From Octopus bimaculoides (Eukaryota), in NCBI RefSeq assembly GCF_001194135.2, contig NC_068988.1, forward strand, positions 33,048,242 to 33,112,241: a stretch of 64,000 bases of DNA, in the 5' to 3' direction. Below the pieces are notes generated by a model that saw only the letters and a program-made list of their open reading frames with translations, was not told the DNA's origin and made no database searches. This document shows positions 12,426 through 26,952 of the stretch, piece after piece. Positions within the stretch are counted from its first letter, which is position 1, and the number at the start of each line of letters is the position of its first letter. The position numbers and the translations under genes are program-made.

Positions 12426-13200
12426 ATATATAAAGTGACTAATTCGGAAATAGAGTGTACTGAAAGGTATGCACACTCTTACGCATATATGCGTATACAA
12501 ACACGCGCGCGAGCACACACACGCACACACACGCACGCACACGTACACACACACACACACAAATATATATATATACATACATGCGTGTGTGTATGTGTGA
12601 GGAATAAGCACATACGTATAGAGATGGCATTCGTAAGCCTAATTTAGAGATTGCGATACATTTGTCAAAGAGGTTCAACTAAATAGTAAAAGACCTGTAA
12701 ATGAAACAAACACTACGATATCCGATTCACAAGAGGATTAATGCTTTCGCAAATCCATTACACGATATAATGGAATTGAGTTCACCCCATATTGCAGAAG
12801 AAACCTCTTCAGGTTACATGAAATGCTTCAGTTTTATAAGCTGCACCTTTATATACATTTACGTACAAATATATGTATACACAGATACGCCTATTTACAT
12901 GAACGCACAGTCATACATACGTTTGTTAGTGTTTTGTAGGCATACGCACATGTATATGTGTATATACAGAAATACGCATATATATATATATATCAATGTA
13001 TATGTTTCCTGAAAGGGTACCACAGTGTGCCATGCGTCATGTGTCGAAGTGATCACAAAGCAACAATATATGAAATCCTTCTCTTATAAGAAAACGCACT
13101 TTGGGGTCTAATAATTCAAAGCTCGCTATCTCGGGCATGTATATACATGCGTACACAGACACACACACACACACACACACATACACACACACACACACAC

Positions 13201-13255
<55 letters not shown>

Positions 13256-13388
13256 GATGCTACCTACATGTGCACGTGCGAGTCCGTGTGTCCGTGTCTA
13301 TTTACTCCCTGCATTTCTGTGTATATATACATGTGTGTGTGTGTGCGTGTGTGTGTGTGTGTGTGTGTGGGTGTATGTGTATGCGTGT

Positions 13389-13419
<31 letters not shown>

Positions 13420-14425
13420 GTGTGCGTGTGCGTGTCTGCTTTTACATGTTGGTAAAGTATATGAACTCAAATTTTTTNNNNNNNNNNNNNNNNNNNNNNN
13501 NNNNNNNNNNNNNNNNNNNNNNNNNNNNNNNNNNNNNNNNNNNNNNNNNNNNNNNNNNNNNNNNNNNNNNNNNNNNNNNNNNNNNNNNNNNNNNNNNNNN
13601 NNNNNNNNNNNNNNNNNNNNNNNNNNNNNNNNNNNNNNNNNNNNNNNNNNNNNNNNNNNNNNNNNNNNNNNNNNNNNNNNNNNNNNNNNNNNNNNNNNNN
13701 NNNNNNNNNNNNNNNNNNNNNNNNNNNNNNNNNNNNNNNNNNNNNNNNNNNNNNNNNNNNNNNNNNNNNNNNNNNNNNNNNNNNNNNNNNNNNNNNNNNN
13801 NNNNNNNNNNNNNNNNNNNNNNNNNNNNNNNNNNNNNNNNNNNNNNNNNNNNNNNNNNNNNNNNNNNNNNNNNNNNNNNNNNNNNNNNNNNNNNNNNNNN
13901 NNNNNNNNNNNNNNNNNNNNNNNNNNNNNNNNNNNNNNNNNNNNNNNNNNNNNNNNNNNNNNNNNNNNNNNNNNNNNNNNNNNNNNNNNNNNNNNNNNNN
14001 NNNNNNNNNNNNNNNNNNNNNNNNNNNNNNNNNNNNNNNNNNNNNNNNNNNNNNNNNNNNNNNNNNNNNNNNNNNTTTTGAAGTGCACTATAATTCAATT
14101 AACAGTAGCAAGAGGAATTTGAAGATTTTAGGAAAATTTTTCTCTGGCTATGACCAGCCTCAGATTGCCCAACAATACGACGTCTTTGAAAATGTGACAG
14201 TTCTGCGGAAATTTTTTGTTCGTGGCATGGTTACTCTTCGCAAATGCTTAATATAATGGCACCTGGAATGAAAAAGAATAATTACATTGTAAATTCTACA
14301 CCGCTGAAAACATATTAAGACGTTTAGATCAGAAATTTTGAAAGTTAAACGTGTCTATTTACTCCCTTCATTTCTTTGTATATATACATGTGTGTGTGTG
14401 TGCGTGTGTGTGTATGTGTGTGTGG

Positions 14426-14461
<36 letters not shown>

Positions 14462-15407
14462 TGTGCGTGTGCGTGTCTGCTTTTACATGTTGGTACAGTA
14501 TATGAACTCAAAATATATATTTGATTGGGTTGGAAATATAAACAGGACTGCTCTCTATTGTCTGTTGTAAAAAAATAAGTAGTTAACTTCATAGATACTT
14601 ATACTAGGAAGCAACGAATGTTACTCAAATGATATTTCTCTATTAACGTTTATAGCCAGCAGAATGGAGTGTAAAAATAGAACCAAAGAATTACATCGTC
14701 ATTTATCTGTAGTTTACGTAATATATTTTGTCTTGTCTGCCGCTATCTTCTAGAGTTTTGATGAATTGCTTTTTTTTTTTATCTTACAAGTATGTAGTTT
14801 CTCATTTAATTTTCTTTTACATTTTACGTTGAGTTATTATATCGCCAGAAGTAACTGCTTGAAGCCGTAAATAGCTGTTATGCCTGAAGAAGAAGGAAAA
14901 ATATTGTTTTATAATATATACATTAACACTTCATATAACCGAGCTTTATAATTTTTTTAAATAATATTTAGAGCAATGACATCTGAAAACATTCATTACT
15001 TCCGGGACTTCACTAGAGATGTTATATTCAATGTGTACTTTTCTTGATAAAAGTCCTGGTTCATGTCGTTAATAGGACAGATGAACCTGTGAAAAGTTGA
15101 TGTCAACGAATTCCAGGGACTACATATAAGCAATATCATTGTAAACACTGAGGTATGAATGGTCATATCAACGGATTTGTAGGTGCTTTTCATTTGTTAA
15201 TAGAATTTCCAGTAGCCAAACACACAACAAATGATGATTTTGCGATTGTTATTTATATTTATGTCATTCCTAATTGATCATTCCAATAAATATAAGCTTT
15301 CTTAAACTCTCAAATGTATATATGTGAATACAGAAACGTCATAAGCACGTGCTCCACATTTGTACTGCACCATTACAACATGCTAATATTTATAAGTATA
15401 CTTTTAT

Positions 15408-15597
15408 GGGCGTGAGCTGACGGAATCGTTAACATGCCGGGCGAAATGCTGAGCAGCATTTCGTTCGTCTTCACATTCTGTGTTCATCCCTTCGGGGTCG
15501 ATAAAAACTAATGCCAGTAAAGTATTTGGGTTGATTACATCAACTTATCCCCTACCCATAAACTGCTGGTCTTTTGCTAGAATGTGAAATCAATATT
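15408..15597 (+). mobile_element. tRNA-derived SINE with Nin-like central domain, internally deleted
   Basis: GTGAGCTGACGGAATCGTTAACATGCCGGGCGAAATGCT...CATCCCTTCGGGGTCGATAAA; homologous to 32384-32601. Confidence 0.75.
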
Positions 15598-15794
15598 TAT
15601 AAGTGTTCTGTTATGGTTTTATGAGAGGGATTTTCTCCCTTACATTAAGGGATAGTATTCCCATAATACTGGGACGCATAAGGTATTCACTTGACTTGTC
15701 GCATTGACTTTTGTTCTCCTTAAAACATAATAACCGAACAATCTCCATATACTGAGATTCTCTGTTTCAACAATTATTTAATCATTTTGTTATT

Positions 15795-16500
15795 TGTGTA
15801 AAGCGCATCTGACTTACCACTTAACCGGGAAATTCGATATTGTTTCAAGCCGATCCAGCTAGTTTTCTTGAACGTTTACTAAGCCAAGGTGAGTGTTAGC
15901 TTCTTCACTTTGAACCAGAGTCAAATAGACAATCCATGTAGTAGAAACACCGCTGCGCATCTGTTTCAAAGTAGGCTGAGGTCGTTTCATCTGCAAGGAA
16001 GGTGATTGCCTCCACATTTTGGAACGCAATACGCGTTGTGTTTCTTGAATTTCTTCAAAAGGTCCACACTATAAATGAGGAGGACTACACAAACTTACTA
16101 AGACGAAAGTCTATCAAAATGACCCAAAAGAAATTAGACAAGGGATCTCGTTTTATCAAGAGAATGCCTCAGCACACAAGTCATTGCTTTCAATGGCTGT
16201 TGTGCGTGACACAGTCTTCGAACTGGTTGAATATACTCCATATTCACCTGATCGTCCCTATATGACTACCACCTCTTCCCTAAAATTACAAAACAACACA
16301 TTACCGGGAAGCAGTGCCGCACTGACAATGACATCATATCTACTGTTGATGACATTTTTGACCAAGATAATTTCAGCTTCTTCACCAACATGCTCCGTTC
16401 ACTATCACCGATAGAAGAAGTGTGTGGACTGCAAGGTGGACTGTTTCGAAAAATGATCCTCATTTTGTCAATTTCCATGAAAGAACCTTGGTCAACCAAT
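15795..16500 (+). mobile_element. Degenerate mariner transposase fragment
   Basis: Translation FQADPASFLERLLSQGEC*LLHFEPE...SARKVIASTFWNA...FELVEYTPYSPD...GDCFEK* carries mariner catalytic-domain motifs; many stops and frameshifts. Confidence 0.9.
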
Positions 16501-16933
16501 GAACTGTTTAGCCGCCTGTTGTAATATGCTGTGTTTATGCTCTGATTGTTTTGTTTTGATTAAATCAGTTAACAGAGTTCCAGGCTACAAAGTTCTGGTC
16601 ATCAAACATCCGATGAGCATTACATGAACTAATGACAACTCTGCCTTTTCATGGTGTACCTCATTACGTTTAATTTATATTTATTATATTTTCACCACGT
16701 ATCTCGATTGTTTTGATAAACATCTATGTAATGTTACCATTTTGTCTTCTGCAGTGTTTTGTGCGATGTGTTTGAATGTTTTAGTGTCAATTGTGTTGCA
16801 CATTGAACGCATTGGTGTTGCTTGTTAAAGATTTAATGATTTTATTTGGCAATATTTCGTTGTTGCTTTGGTCATATCCCTCTAATTTCGTTTGATATAT
16901 GCTATCTATTTATTTTATGGAAATGTGATGTAA

Positions 16934-16958
16934 CCAATTGTCGGTCGGAAGTCACGTG
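16934..16958. promoter_or_regulatory. Cluster of CCAAT, ETS-like (CGGAAGT) and overlapping E-box (GTCACGTG) motifs
   Basis: Motifs seen directly; no linked gene, and could be chance. Confidence 0.2.
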
Positions 16959-19900
16959 TATGAAATCGGGACACTATTGTTATTGAATCTGTGAGTCACA
17001 TTTTCTGCACTTGTCCTTCTTGCATATTATAATTTTCTTTTACAGCTTAAATTTAGTTTGCTAACTACAGGTTACTGTAGCGGCAGATAATATTTCATGA
17101 GAAGCGTTTTAAGAAGTCGAAAGATAACATGATGCTCATAGTTCTGAGACATGTATAAGCACAAAGATTTCTATTAGTTAAGACAATATACTTTCAGAGT
17201 TACATTCGTAAATATTAGTGATTGAATGTACTTGTTCGAAACTCGCACTTGTAGCGGATAGATTTAAGCATTTCTTGCTGACATCAAATATTCGCCTCAA
17301 GGACAATGCTATTTATTTATATTTTATTTCCTTGTCTTTTTTTTTTTTTTGCTAAGATTTATTTCGGATATCCAGAGTTTTAATACTTTTCGCTAGAATT
17401 CACCAGCTTGTCCACATTTGAAGTACAATGTACATTCATATGCCTCTTCACACACTGTACGTTTTACATTTCGTCAGATTGTTCGTGTCAATACATATAT
17501 CATAATCCGTGTACAATCGTAACTAACTTTTAAATTCTCATTATTTTCCCGTAAGTCTGCTTGGGTGCAGAGACGTATTTCATTCTATACAATTTTCTCT
17601 TTTAATACAAAGGGGAAAAATAAGTGATTTTCGAGCATTTTATTCTACTGGATGTTTGCGGTTTTGTGTTCTCTAATAAAGTTGGTCTTCCTTCGATATC
17701 AGTTTCCCACTTTTATAATATCGGTGTAATTTGTCGACGATCTTTTTACCGACAAATAGATCCCAATGCCATGCTAATTCCTTCAATTGCTTTCTTTCCA
17801 GAAATCGTATGTAGGATATTCGTGGTTACATGTATATAAGTAGTTATCTAATGTAAATTTTGTATGATTATTGACATGCCGTTATCGAGTAACGCCATCT
17901 TTTCCTCATAGGTTGATCGATAGTTATAAAATAATTAATTAGTGTATCTTATTAGTGTAAAATGTATGGTGTATATGATAGTATCTGTTAGTGTTATGAC
18001 ATTGCATTAAATATCATTGACAGACGGAGGGAAATACCATTTGGTTATCTTAGAGATGAGGTGGGATGTCCAATGATATAATTGAGAAATAGATATTTGG
18101 GGATTAATCTCATCAATCACTGAGAGTAAACTTTTTGTTCAAAACTGAATATGCTGTATATTCTACAATAAACAAACGCCTTCAAAAGTATAAACTATTT
18201 CCANNNNNNNNNNNNNNNNNNNNNNNNNNNNNNNNNNNNNNNNNNNNNNNNNNNNNNNNNNNNNNNNNNNNNNNNNNNNNNNNNNNNNNNNNNNNNNNNN
18301 NNNNNNNNNNNNNNNNNNNNNNNNNNNNNNNNNNNNNNNNNNNNNNNNNNNNNNNNNNNNNNNNNNNNNNNNNNNNNNNNNNNNNNNNNNNNNNNNNNNN
18401 NNNNNNNNNNNNNNNNNNNNNNNNNNNNNNNNNNNNNNNNNNNNNNNNNNNNNNNNNNNNNNNNNNNNNNNNNNNNNNNNNNNNNNNNNNNNNNNNNNNN
18501 NNNNNNNNNNNNNNNNNNNNNNNNNNNNNNNNNNNNNNNNNNNNNNNNNNNNNNNNNNNNNNNNNNNNNNNNNNNNNNNNNNNNNNNNNNNNNNNNNNNN
18601 NNNNNNNNNNNNNNNNNNNNNNNNNNNNNNNNNNNNNNNNNNNNNNNNNNNNNNNNNNNNNNNNNNNNNNNNNNNNNNNNNNNNNNNNNNNNNNTATATA
18701 TATATACATATGTATGCATACGTATATATATATATATATATGTCTGTGTGTGTATGTATACATCTGCTTATGTTAATTTGAACAAAAGTCGAGATACGTT
18801 TTTAAAAGCTCCTATGCCTCATGTCGTCTACCACATGATTATTCCATCTCCTGTGTAATCCCATGTTATGGGTATATATTTGAAATTCCTTTCCTCTTAG
18901 GATAAATGTAATAATAACAATAACAACACGAAGATAGAAATTCGTCGATTTTGATTATGCATTGTAACGTATATTTCTATATCACACACTATCATTAGGT
19001 TGCAAGCTTTCTTATTCATTTGACATTATTTACCATTTCCTCTTAAAATTACTATTTAAGATTACATTTATAGCGTTGATGCTTCTTCAGGCGGGGTACT
19101 ACTGAAGTATTGTGAGACATATTTAATGACCTTGAAGGCACACACCATTTACATCAGTCAAATTATTTCATTTTATTGATATGTGAACTTACGATTAACG
19201 AAAAGAAAGAAAGTAACCCAAAAACGCAGAAATTTTAGTGATCAAAAGATTGTTTGCGGCCGCACCTAAGATAAATTGATTTCATGGAGAACACAACGCA
19301 CCGCCGGGTCCGTGATCCAAATCCATCGAAACGTGTGTACTATACCTAATACTTAGTTCTCCCCACACACGCACACACGTATCAATCCAAATATGTAATA
19401 TTTACGGATTTTTGCGTCGCTAGAAAATACTTCGGTCACTACAGAATTGGGAAATGGAATTCTTATTTTACTATTACTTACGATGCTGCAAATTGAAATG
19501 GAAATGCAACGTATGCAATTTTTTGAACAGAAAAAAGAGCATAAAAGCAACTGCTAAGTGAAAATACATCAGAAAGGACGTGAAAAGAAATACATAAGTG
19601 AATAAATAAGTAGTCGACAATATCTTATTTTCAAGCTCTCACATCATTGCTAATGTTCATTTTTGCATGATAGCTGGCGGTGCACTGGGAGCTATAAAGA
19701 GAAAGAGAACCAGCAGGTTCTTCACTGTTATTATCAGTATGATTTTCCTCTACAAGAGTGAAGACGTTGACTGAAATTTTTAGCTAACTTTTGCATTGTT
19801 TTTTTTTAATTAATCTCCTTCAGTAATAACGGTCTTCATCTTTCAGGATGCCTGTGATGTTAATGCACTAAAAATTGTTGTTCCTCTTAAATGTTCAGAA

Positions 19901-20938
19901 CACAGCTGTACTAGCTTGTTAATTTTCCGTCGCTATTTACACATTCTGTTTTCTGCTTAGCATATCAACATAATTATGTGCAACGTTTGCGTGAATAACA
20001 ATTATATTCACTCTGATAATCAGCTTGCAATTTCAAGTGTTCTTCCATATAAGCGTCACATCCAATTATAAAGGAAAATATACACACGGACGCACGAACG
20101 CGTGCGCACACACGCACACACACACACATACACACACACACATACACACACACACATGCACAGACACGCATGCACGCACACACGCACGCACTAACATACA
20201 TAATTTTACGTGGTAGTTACAAAAGCACGTGACCTATTTTTTAATTTATTGTCACTGTTACTCCTACGATTGCATTTGTTTTTTGTCTTTCAGTATGGCT
20301 GTGTTTCTATCCTGAAAAATAATCATTCTATCAGGTTTAATGTCCAACGCAATCATTTTAAGAATCTTTATTGCATTACGTATTTTACTTCCACTTGGCG
20401 TTTTCCTTCATGACAAATTATATCTCGGTAATGTTCAATGGCTTACAAGGTGGTACTTAGAACCAACAGGGGCACAGTCAGACGAACAGTTACACAGCAA
20501 ATATTAAAACGTTCAAAATCGAAGCAGTACAGTCTAACGTTTACAAATATAATTGGTAGGCAACTTCTGAGACAAAACTATTATTTAAATATTTAAAACG
20601 ACAAGGTATGCAATGGAAGGTGCAGCTATTTTATAGGAATTAGATGCTGTCGCACGTAGGGTGAGTTTTTGCATAGTTGCACACTTTTTGCATAGTTGCA
20701 CACGTTTTGCTGGCGCTAACGTCGGTAGAATTGTTGCAAGCATAAAAGGTATGAGAAATATTTGGATGTGGAACTGCTGTAGAAATTCATTTTGTGCTAT
20801 CATATTAAATAATTAATTGATTTTAATTTTATGTACGGTCAGATTAAGTATCCAGAAATTAGTAGTGAATCCTAGCAATTTTCCTAAGCACGCGCTATTG
20901 TAACACAAGTTTGCAAAATCACGGCGTTGTCTAACTGC

Positions 20939-20981
<43 letters not shown>

Positions 20982-21578
20982 ATGTATGAGTGTGTGTGAG
21001 TATGTGTGTGTGTAATCTGCGTATTTGGGGTTATAGATTTATGTTTTGTATGAATATAACATTATGTATAAGACTTGTGCTTAAGAATATTCATCATATA
21101 TATTGTTGCAGTTTGTAGTGGTTAATAACCTGCATGCAAACAACCCATCAAATAATGAACGCAATTTCTAAAATATATTTAATGTTAGACTTGTAAAATT
21201 ATTACTTACATGATTGTTTCTGCACGAAACTGAAATCAGATGAAAATCATGTACGAACATCAACGAATATTTGCTTTCATATGTTTTACCAAAGTAAGTT
21301 TTATGAAGTGAATGTTAAATACATTTAAATAATTGTAGTTTTTTGCAGCAAACTTAGCAAGAATTAATTGTAATTTATCTCGATTATAAAATGAGATATT
21401 TCAAATTAAGCTTGTGAGAATCTGTCAAGAGAATTGGCACATATATTGTAGCATAATTTTAAATATTCTGTTCTACTTGGAATGCATGACATATCTAAAA
21501 GATCAGACTTTCAAAGTATTTAATTTTGCACTGTATCCAGAAAGTTTTAATTTTCTTCATCGCCTTAAAGTGGGAGTA

Positions 21579-21629
<51 letters not shown>
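21579..21629. repeat. (ACT)n microsatellite
   Basis: Direct read. Confidence 0.95.
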
Positions 21630-21631
<2 letters not shown>

Positions 21632-22452
21632 AAATAAAAATACAACTACAGAAGCCACAATACAAACTAAATCAGCAAACAAACTTGCCTGTGTCTAGGT
21701 TACGTATAAAAATCATGGAAAATATCACCCGAGTAGTATCCCATCTACAGCAGAAGAAAAACGTTATATAACCCGATTTAGAACACTCGGAATATATACT
21801 AGAACGCGAATGGTAGAGGTGAAATACCAAATACCAATCCGAAAGGAAAGAGAGAAAATGGGAATGTAATAAAAATATTCCTTCAAAGCTTTAATCTTTG
21901 AGGAGACTTCACTGGAATACAATACACACAAAACATCTCACAACAACGCTGCAACGAATACCATGACTACTATCAACACCATCATCACTACCCACCAACA
22001 TTAACACAGTGTTCTTCAAAATTTCATACAATACAAATATTACCATGGCAATCAAATACACGTACATGAAAAATATCCCAAACAATCAAAACAAAAACTA
22101 CGTGGACATGGACGAAAAAAAACCCCGAAGTATTGATAAACGAAATATATCCATTTCGTTTCTTCATGACATTACATAAGAATAATCATCCAATCTTTTA
22201 AAAGTCAACATAGGAAACTAAAAACAAAATGTCCTGTGAGAATTCAGAATTTCGAGGGTCAGTACACACAGTAATTACAAATCTTAATAGTGTAAACACA
22301 CACAAAAAAAAAAAAACAATTGCTGACCTTAATTCTTTTTTCTAAATTAATGAAGCACGAATATGTGTACATTTTGACCCGTGGCATACAAAACAATTCC
22401 ATGGTATTATTTGTAGTGACGTGGCTTGATAAAGTGTCTCAGATATCTGAGA

Positions 22453-22643
22453 CACGAAGAGGTGCTGAAAAGTTCGTAGAATGTGTTAAAAAATACAGGT
22501 GAATCAGTTAATTATGATTCTCACACTTATTGCGGAGGCCCTTCCTTTTAGCTAAGAACTTTAAAAGTACTGAGGAAATTGGACCTCCAACAGCGTATTT
22601 TGCGATACCCGTAAAGCAAGAAGCTTTTCAACACCAGTCCGTA
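22453..22643. mobile_element. Mariner-derived MITE (~190 bp)
   Basis: Degenerate TIRs cacgaagaggtgctgaaaagttc ... gcttttcaacaccagtccgta; same family as 34010-34199. Confidence 0.8.
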
Positions 22644-22974
22644 TGTGAGATGACGATAGACCACGGTTACAGAATTCACAAAAAGTGTCTGTGAGGCATT
22701 ACCAAGATTTTTCTTGCAATAGAGGAGGTAGATTCCAGTTCATACAAAGAGGTCATATGCGATTTGTAACTATGAAAAAAGTATATATATAAGTAAAAAT
22801 AGAAATAAGTGACATGAGAAGGACATAATGAATGAAAGAACTGACAGCGTTCGAAGAGCTATCGGAGAAACTTTATGTAAAACCTAGTTCTATATTGTTA
22901 AATCTCTCAACGAGGAATTAACAGTAACTGCATGCAAACGTGAAGTATATTTGCCACTTAAATGCGGCTAAACC

Positions 22975-23210
22975 CTAAGAGGGAATGTTACTGTAGGTTT
23001 TAGCCCCAGGAGAACATCTCCAGCTAGCTATTGACACACTTTTTGTGCCCTGTCGGTATTTGCAAAGGGAAGTCATCCTTCCCATCGTCGATTTGACTTG
23101 ATACGCACGGATCAGGGTTTCTGGGTATATACCCTTCGTCAGCGTACGACAATCACCGATCTTCGATGCGAATGGCTCCCAATGCAAATACATATATCCT
23201 TTTTCCAGTG
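22975..23210 (-). mobile_element. Short interspersed element carrying a hammerhead relic (family B)
   Basis: Minus strand 23146-23102: UACG-CUGACGA-A-GGG(UAUAUA)CCC-A-GAAAC-CCUGAUCC-GUG-CGUA. Element boundaries are approximate. Confidence 0.5.
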
Positions 23211-23359
23211 ACGAAAATTAACTGATCTCGAAAAAGTGTAAACAAGCAATGTTAAATCTCTGAACGAGGTATAAACAGTAACTGCACGACAACGTTGTGA
23301 GTGTATTTCATAAACACAATCTTGTGAGTGCATTTCATAAACAAAAAACTTATAGAAGA

Positions 23360-23530
23360 CCGTCATCATGTAGAACCGTTAATCCCTATACATTCTTTTC
23401 TCTCTCTGTTTTTTCACCATTTAACACATCCTGTCGAGGAGCGTAGGCTCGAAAAGTCAAAGACTTTTCTATTCTTTCCAAGCGTTAAATTAATACACCT
23501 GCTTCTTGGTCCTTCACATGTAAATTCGAA
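23360..23530 (+). mobile_element. Non-autonomous PLE-type element, family A, with HHR-like motif at 23431-23463
   Basis: CTGTCGA-G-GAGC-GTAG-GCTC-GAAAA-GTC-AAAGA; homologous (reverse complement) to 12241-12425. Confidence 0.75.
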
Positions 23531-25100
23531 CTATATGTGTATGTGTGAATGTGTATACATATGCACGGTCGTGTTTATGGCTGCCTGTTTCTTTGTCCGT
23601 TATTTTTTCTATCTTTGTCATCCGCCACAGCTTTATGACAGGCTTTGGTGTGTTTACCTCTCTGTAACGTAGTGGTACAGCAAAAGGACATGAGTTACAT
23701 AATACCAGTTTAAAAAAAAAACACACAAATGCTGGGTTCGATTCGTTCATCTAACCTTCTTCAAGTAATGCACTAATCATGTACGAAGCATGCACTGATC
23801 AATCACAAATTTTTTGAAAGACAAATCTTGAAACGTGGCGGAAGTTGAACTCAGAAAGGAAAGAGTCTCAAGATATATCGCTGAGCACTTTGTCGAATGG
23901 GCTAATAGTACTGTCAATGTAGTCTTAACAATAAATTACTGTGTTAATTACGTATATTGAAACAACATATATAATGCATGATTGACTGTATTCCTTTCAA
24001 TTTTTATAGCTATTAAACAGATCTATGAATGAATATACTTCATGTTCTAACCACTCACTGAACATCATATTTTTCCTATAAGAAGAATAAATTAATGGGA
24101 TAAAAGGTATTTGTAAACTTAATCTGGCTTTTATAAAACATATGTAGCCATAAATCCTGTAATCTATGTCTACGATATTTCATCGTCAATCGAATTGAAA
24201 GAAAAAAACGAATGATTTTGTTCTCTTATTGCCAAATGTTATTCTTATTGAAATAGCAATCATTATTGTATGTGAAATGTATTCATATTCTTGGGAATTT
24301 TCTTTTTTACGTTATTTTCTATTCATTCTCGTTTCCATTAAACGAAGGAAAGACTGACTTTATTAATGCATGGGATTTCCAGCTAAATCTTTCAATGTAG
24401 CTGAAGTCACGTACGTTGAAGTCAATGTGACATTGCATATATTTAGTGTGAGATTAGATTATAAGTCGGCATATGTTATTAGTTTGTGTCGTGGGTCAAT
24501 GATCCACGTTTAAGCTAGCCATACATTGTTTTACACAAAAAACATACGGACGTGTGTGTTTATGTGTGCGTGCATGTGTATCTATGCTTGTTGTATAAAT
24601 TTTGCACTGAACGGAGCAATTAAATATTTCGAGGAATTTTTCAACGAATTCTCAAAATATCGTTCTTAATTTCGGGCTTCAACACAAGTCTAGTTATAGA
24701 AATAAGAAAGCTAACACAATAAAAATGACAATCACATATATATGACAAACAGAATGAGTTAGAACATATGTTTTAGGGATTCGTTTCATTTATTGTTAAA
24801 AATTATTCTGTCAAGAGTTTCAACGGTTATAGGGTGATGTAGAAACCAGAAACAGTTTGTGATTTAGAGAGGGAGACACCATAAAGAGTACAATTTTAAA
24901 TCCAAACAGGTTAAATATTCCATCAAGTAAACTACAATGAGTATTCAACATGAATTTATATCTTCCTGGGAACTTTTACTCTTGGATATATGTTAGCGGT
25001 TTGGGAGCACTAGACAAACAAACATATAACTATGTGTATATATAAACACGTACACAGACATACACATATACATGTATATTCATACATACATGGTTACATG

Positions 25101-25142
<42 letters not shown>

Positions 25143-26917
25143 NNNNNNNNNNNNNNNNNNNNNNNNNNNNNNNNNNNNNNNNNNNNNNNNNNNNNNNNNN
25201 NNNNNNNNNNNNNNNNNNNNNNNNNNNNNNNNNNNNNNNNNNNNNNNNNNNNNNNNNNNNNNNNNNNNNNNNNNNNNNNNNNNNNNNNNNNNNNNNNNNN
25301 NNNNNNNNNNNNNNNNNNNNNNNNNNNNNNNNNNNNNNNNNNNNNNNNNNNNNNNNNNNNNNNNNNNNNNNNNNNNNNNNNNNNNNNNNNNNNNNNNNNN
25401 NNNNNNNNNNNNNNNNNNNNNNNNNNNNNNNNNNNNNNNNNNNNNNNNNNNNNNNNNNNNNNNNNNNNNNNNNNNNNNNNNNNNNNNNNNNNNNNNNNNN
25501 NNNNNNNNNNNNNNNNNNNNNNNNNNNNNNNNNNNNNNNNNNNNNNNNNNNNNNNATCGTTAAAACGGCTCTTCACATGGACCGCAAATTAAATTTGTAT
25601 ACACAAATTAAATCTTGCCATGGAGGAATGTAGTGGCGGACAAAAAACAAGACAGGAAAACAAACAGAAAAGGCTTTACGGCTAGACGAGAAAAAATATG
25701 TGTATGAACGCTGTGAGGCACGAACTTGAAAGGGACGAAGTAGTTCGCGTGTTTGCTCGCTGATAGCCAAGGAAGAAAAGGATTATTGACCGGAATCATG
25801 TGACCATGCCGCTGTAAGGGGAAGAGAGAGATAGGTAAATGATAGGCTTGCCTCAACCCTTCATGGGCAGTCTGAAGCATCCAAGCAACCAGGGGATGTT
25901 TAAATCCGGAGGCACTCCTGGGAATCACCTGTGCGGGTACATAACATCCACAATGACTCATTACATAACCTCCACATTCTTGGGAATAGAAATTTCCCTT
26001 ATGAATTTCTTTACACACTCAATTATTGATAACATTCTTGTAAAAGAGTGTTATCCCTTTTTGAATTTATTAATCAAATATTTACACGGAATATATTCAA
26101 TGCTGAATTTTTATTCCTGTCTCCACACGTGTACCCAAAAGCAACCCGGAAGTATTCCCGCTTCTATGATGAAGACATATACAGATAAACTTCATTCCCT
26201 TTGCTCTGTCGGATGCGTAGTGTGTTCGTTTTTGGTGAGGTGAGAATTCTGTTTATTTATATATATTTTTGGAACAATACTATGCTGATGAACGAAATCT
26301 AGATTCATTCTAGTAATCGCGAAATCGGTCGATACACAGTTAAGTTTATTTATGAGAAAGTCGGTCGTCTTCTGTTGGTTGTTTTTCCTCGCATTAGGTA
26401 CTAAATGTGATTATTTTGAGAAGTCCACTGTGTGGCGTTATTATTTTTTTCTGTAATAATGCCCTTTATATAAATATAAACGAATAATTATATTCTTGGG
26501 AATATAAATTTTCCTTATGATTTTTTTTTACACACTGGCTTCTTGATAAAATTCNNNNNNNNNNNNNNNNNNNNNNNNNNNNNNNNNNNNNNNNNNNNNN
26601 NNNNNNNNNNNNNNNNNNNNNNNNNNNNNNNNNNNNNNNNNNNNNNNNNNNNNNNNNNNNNNNNNNNNNNNNNNNNNNNNNNNNNNNNNNNNNNNNNNNN
26701 NNNNNNNNNNNNNNNNNNNNNNNNNNNNNNNNNNNNNNNNNNNNNNNNNNNNNNNNNNNNNNNNNNNNNNNNNNNNNNNNNNNNNNNNNNNNNNNNNNNN
26801 NNNNNNNNNNNNNNNNNNNNNNNNNNNNNNNNNNNNNNNNNNNNNNNNNNNNNNNNNNNNNNNNNNNNNNNNNNNNNNNNNNNNNNNNNNNNNNNNNNNN
26901 NNNNNNNNNNNNNNNNN

Positions 26918-26952
<35 letters not shown>

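Noticed and set aside
15851-15889. Apparent 39-nt exon with AG|GTGAGT donor
   Set aside because: Lies within the mariner transposase remnant (DPASFLERLLSQ).
26282-26306. ATG-CTGATGA-AC-GAAA-TCTAGA-TT-CAT hammerhead-like string
   Set aside because: It has a core, palindromic stem III and 3-bp stem I, but no stem II and no homologous copies; chance or an unrecognisable relic.
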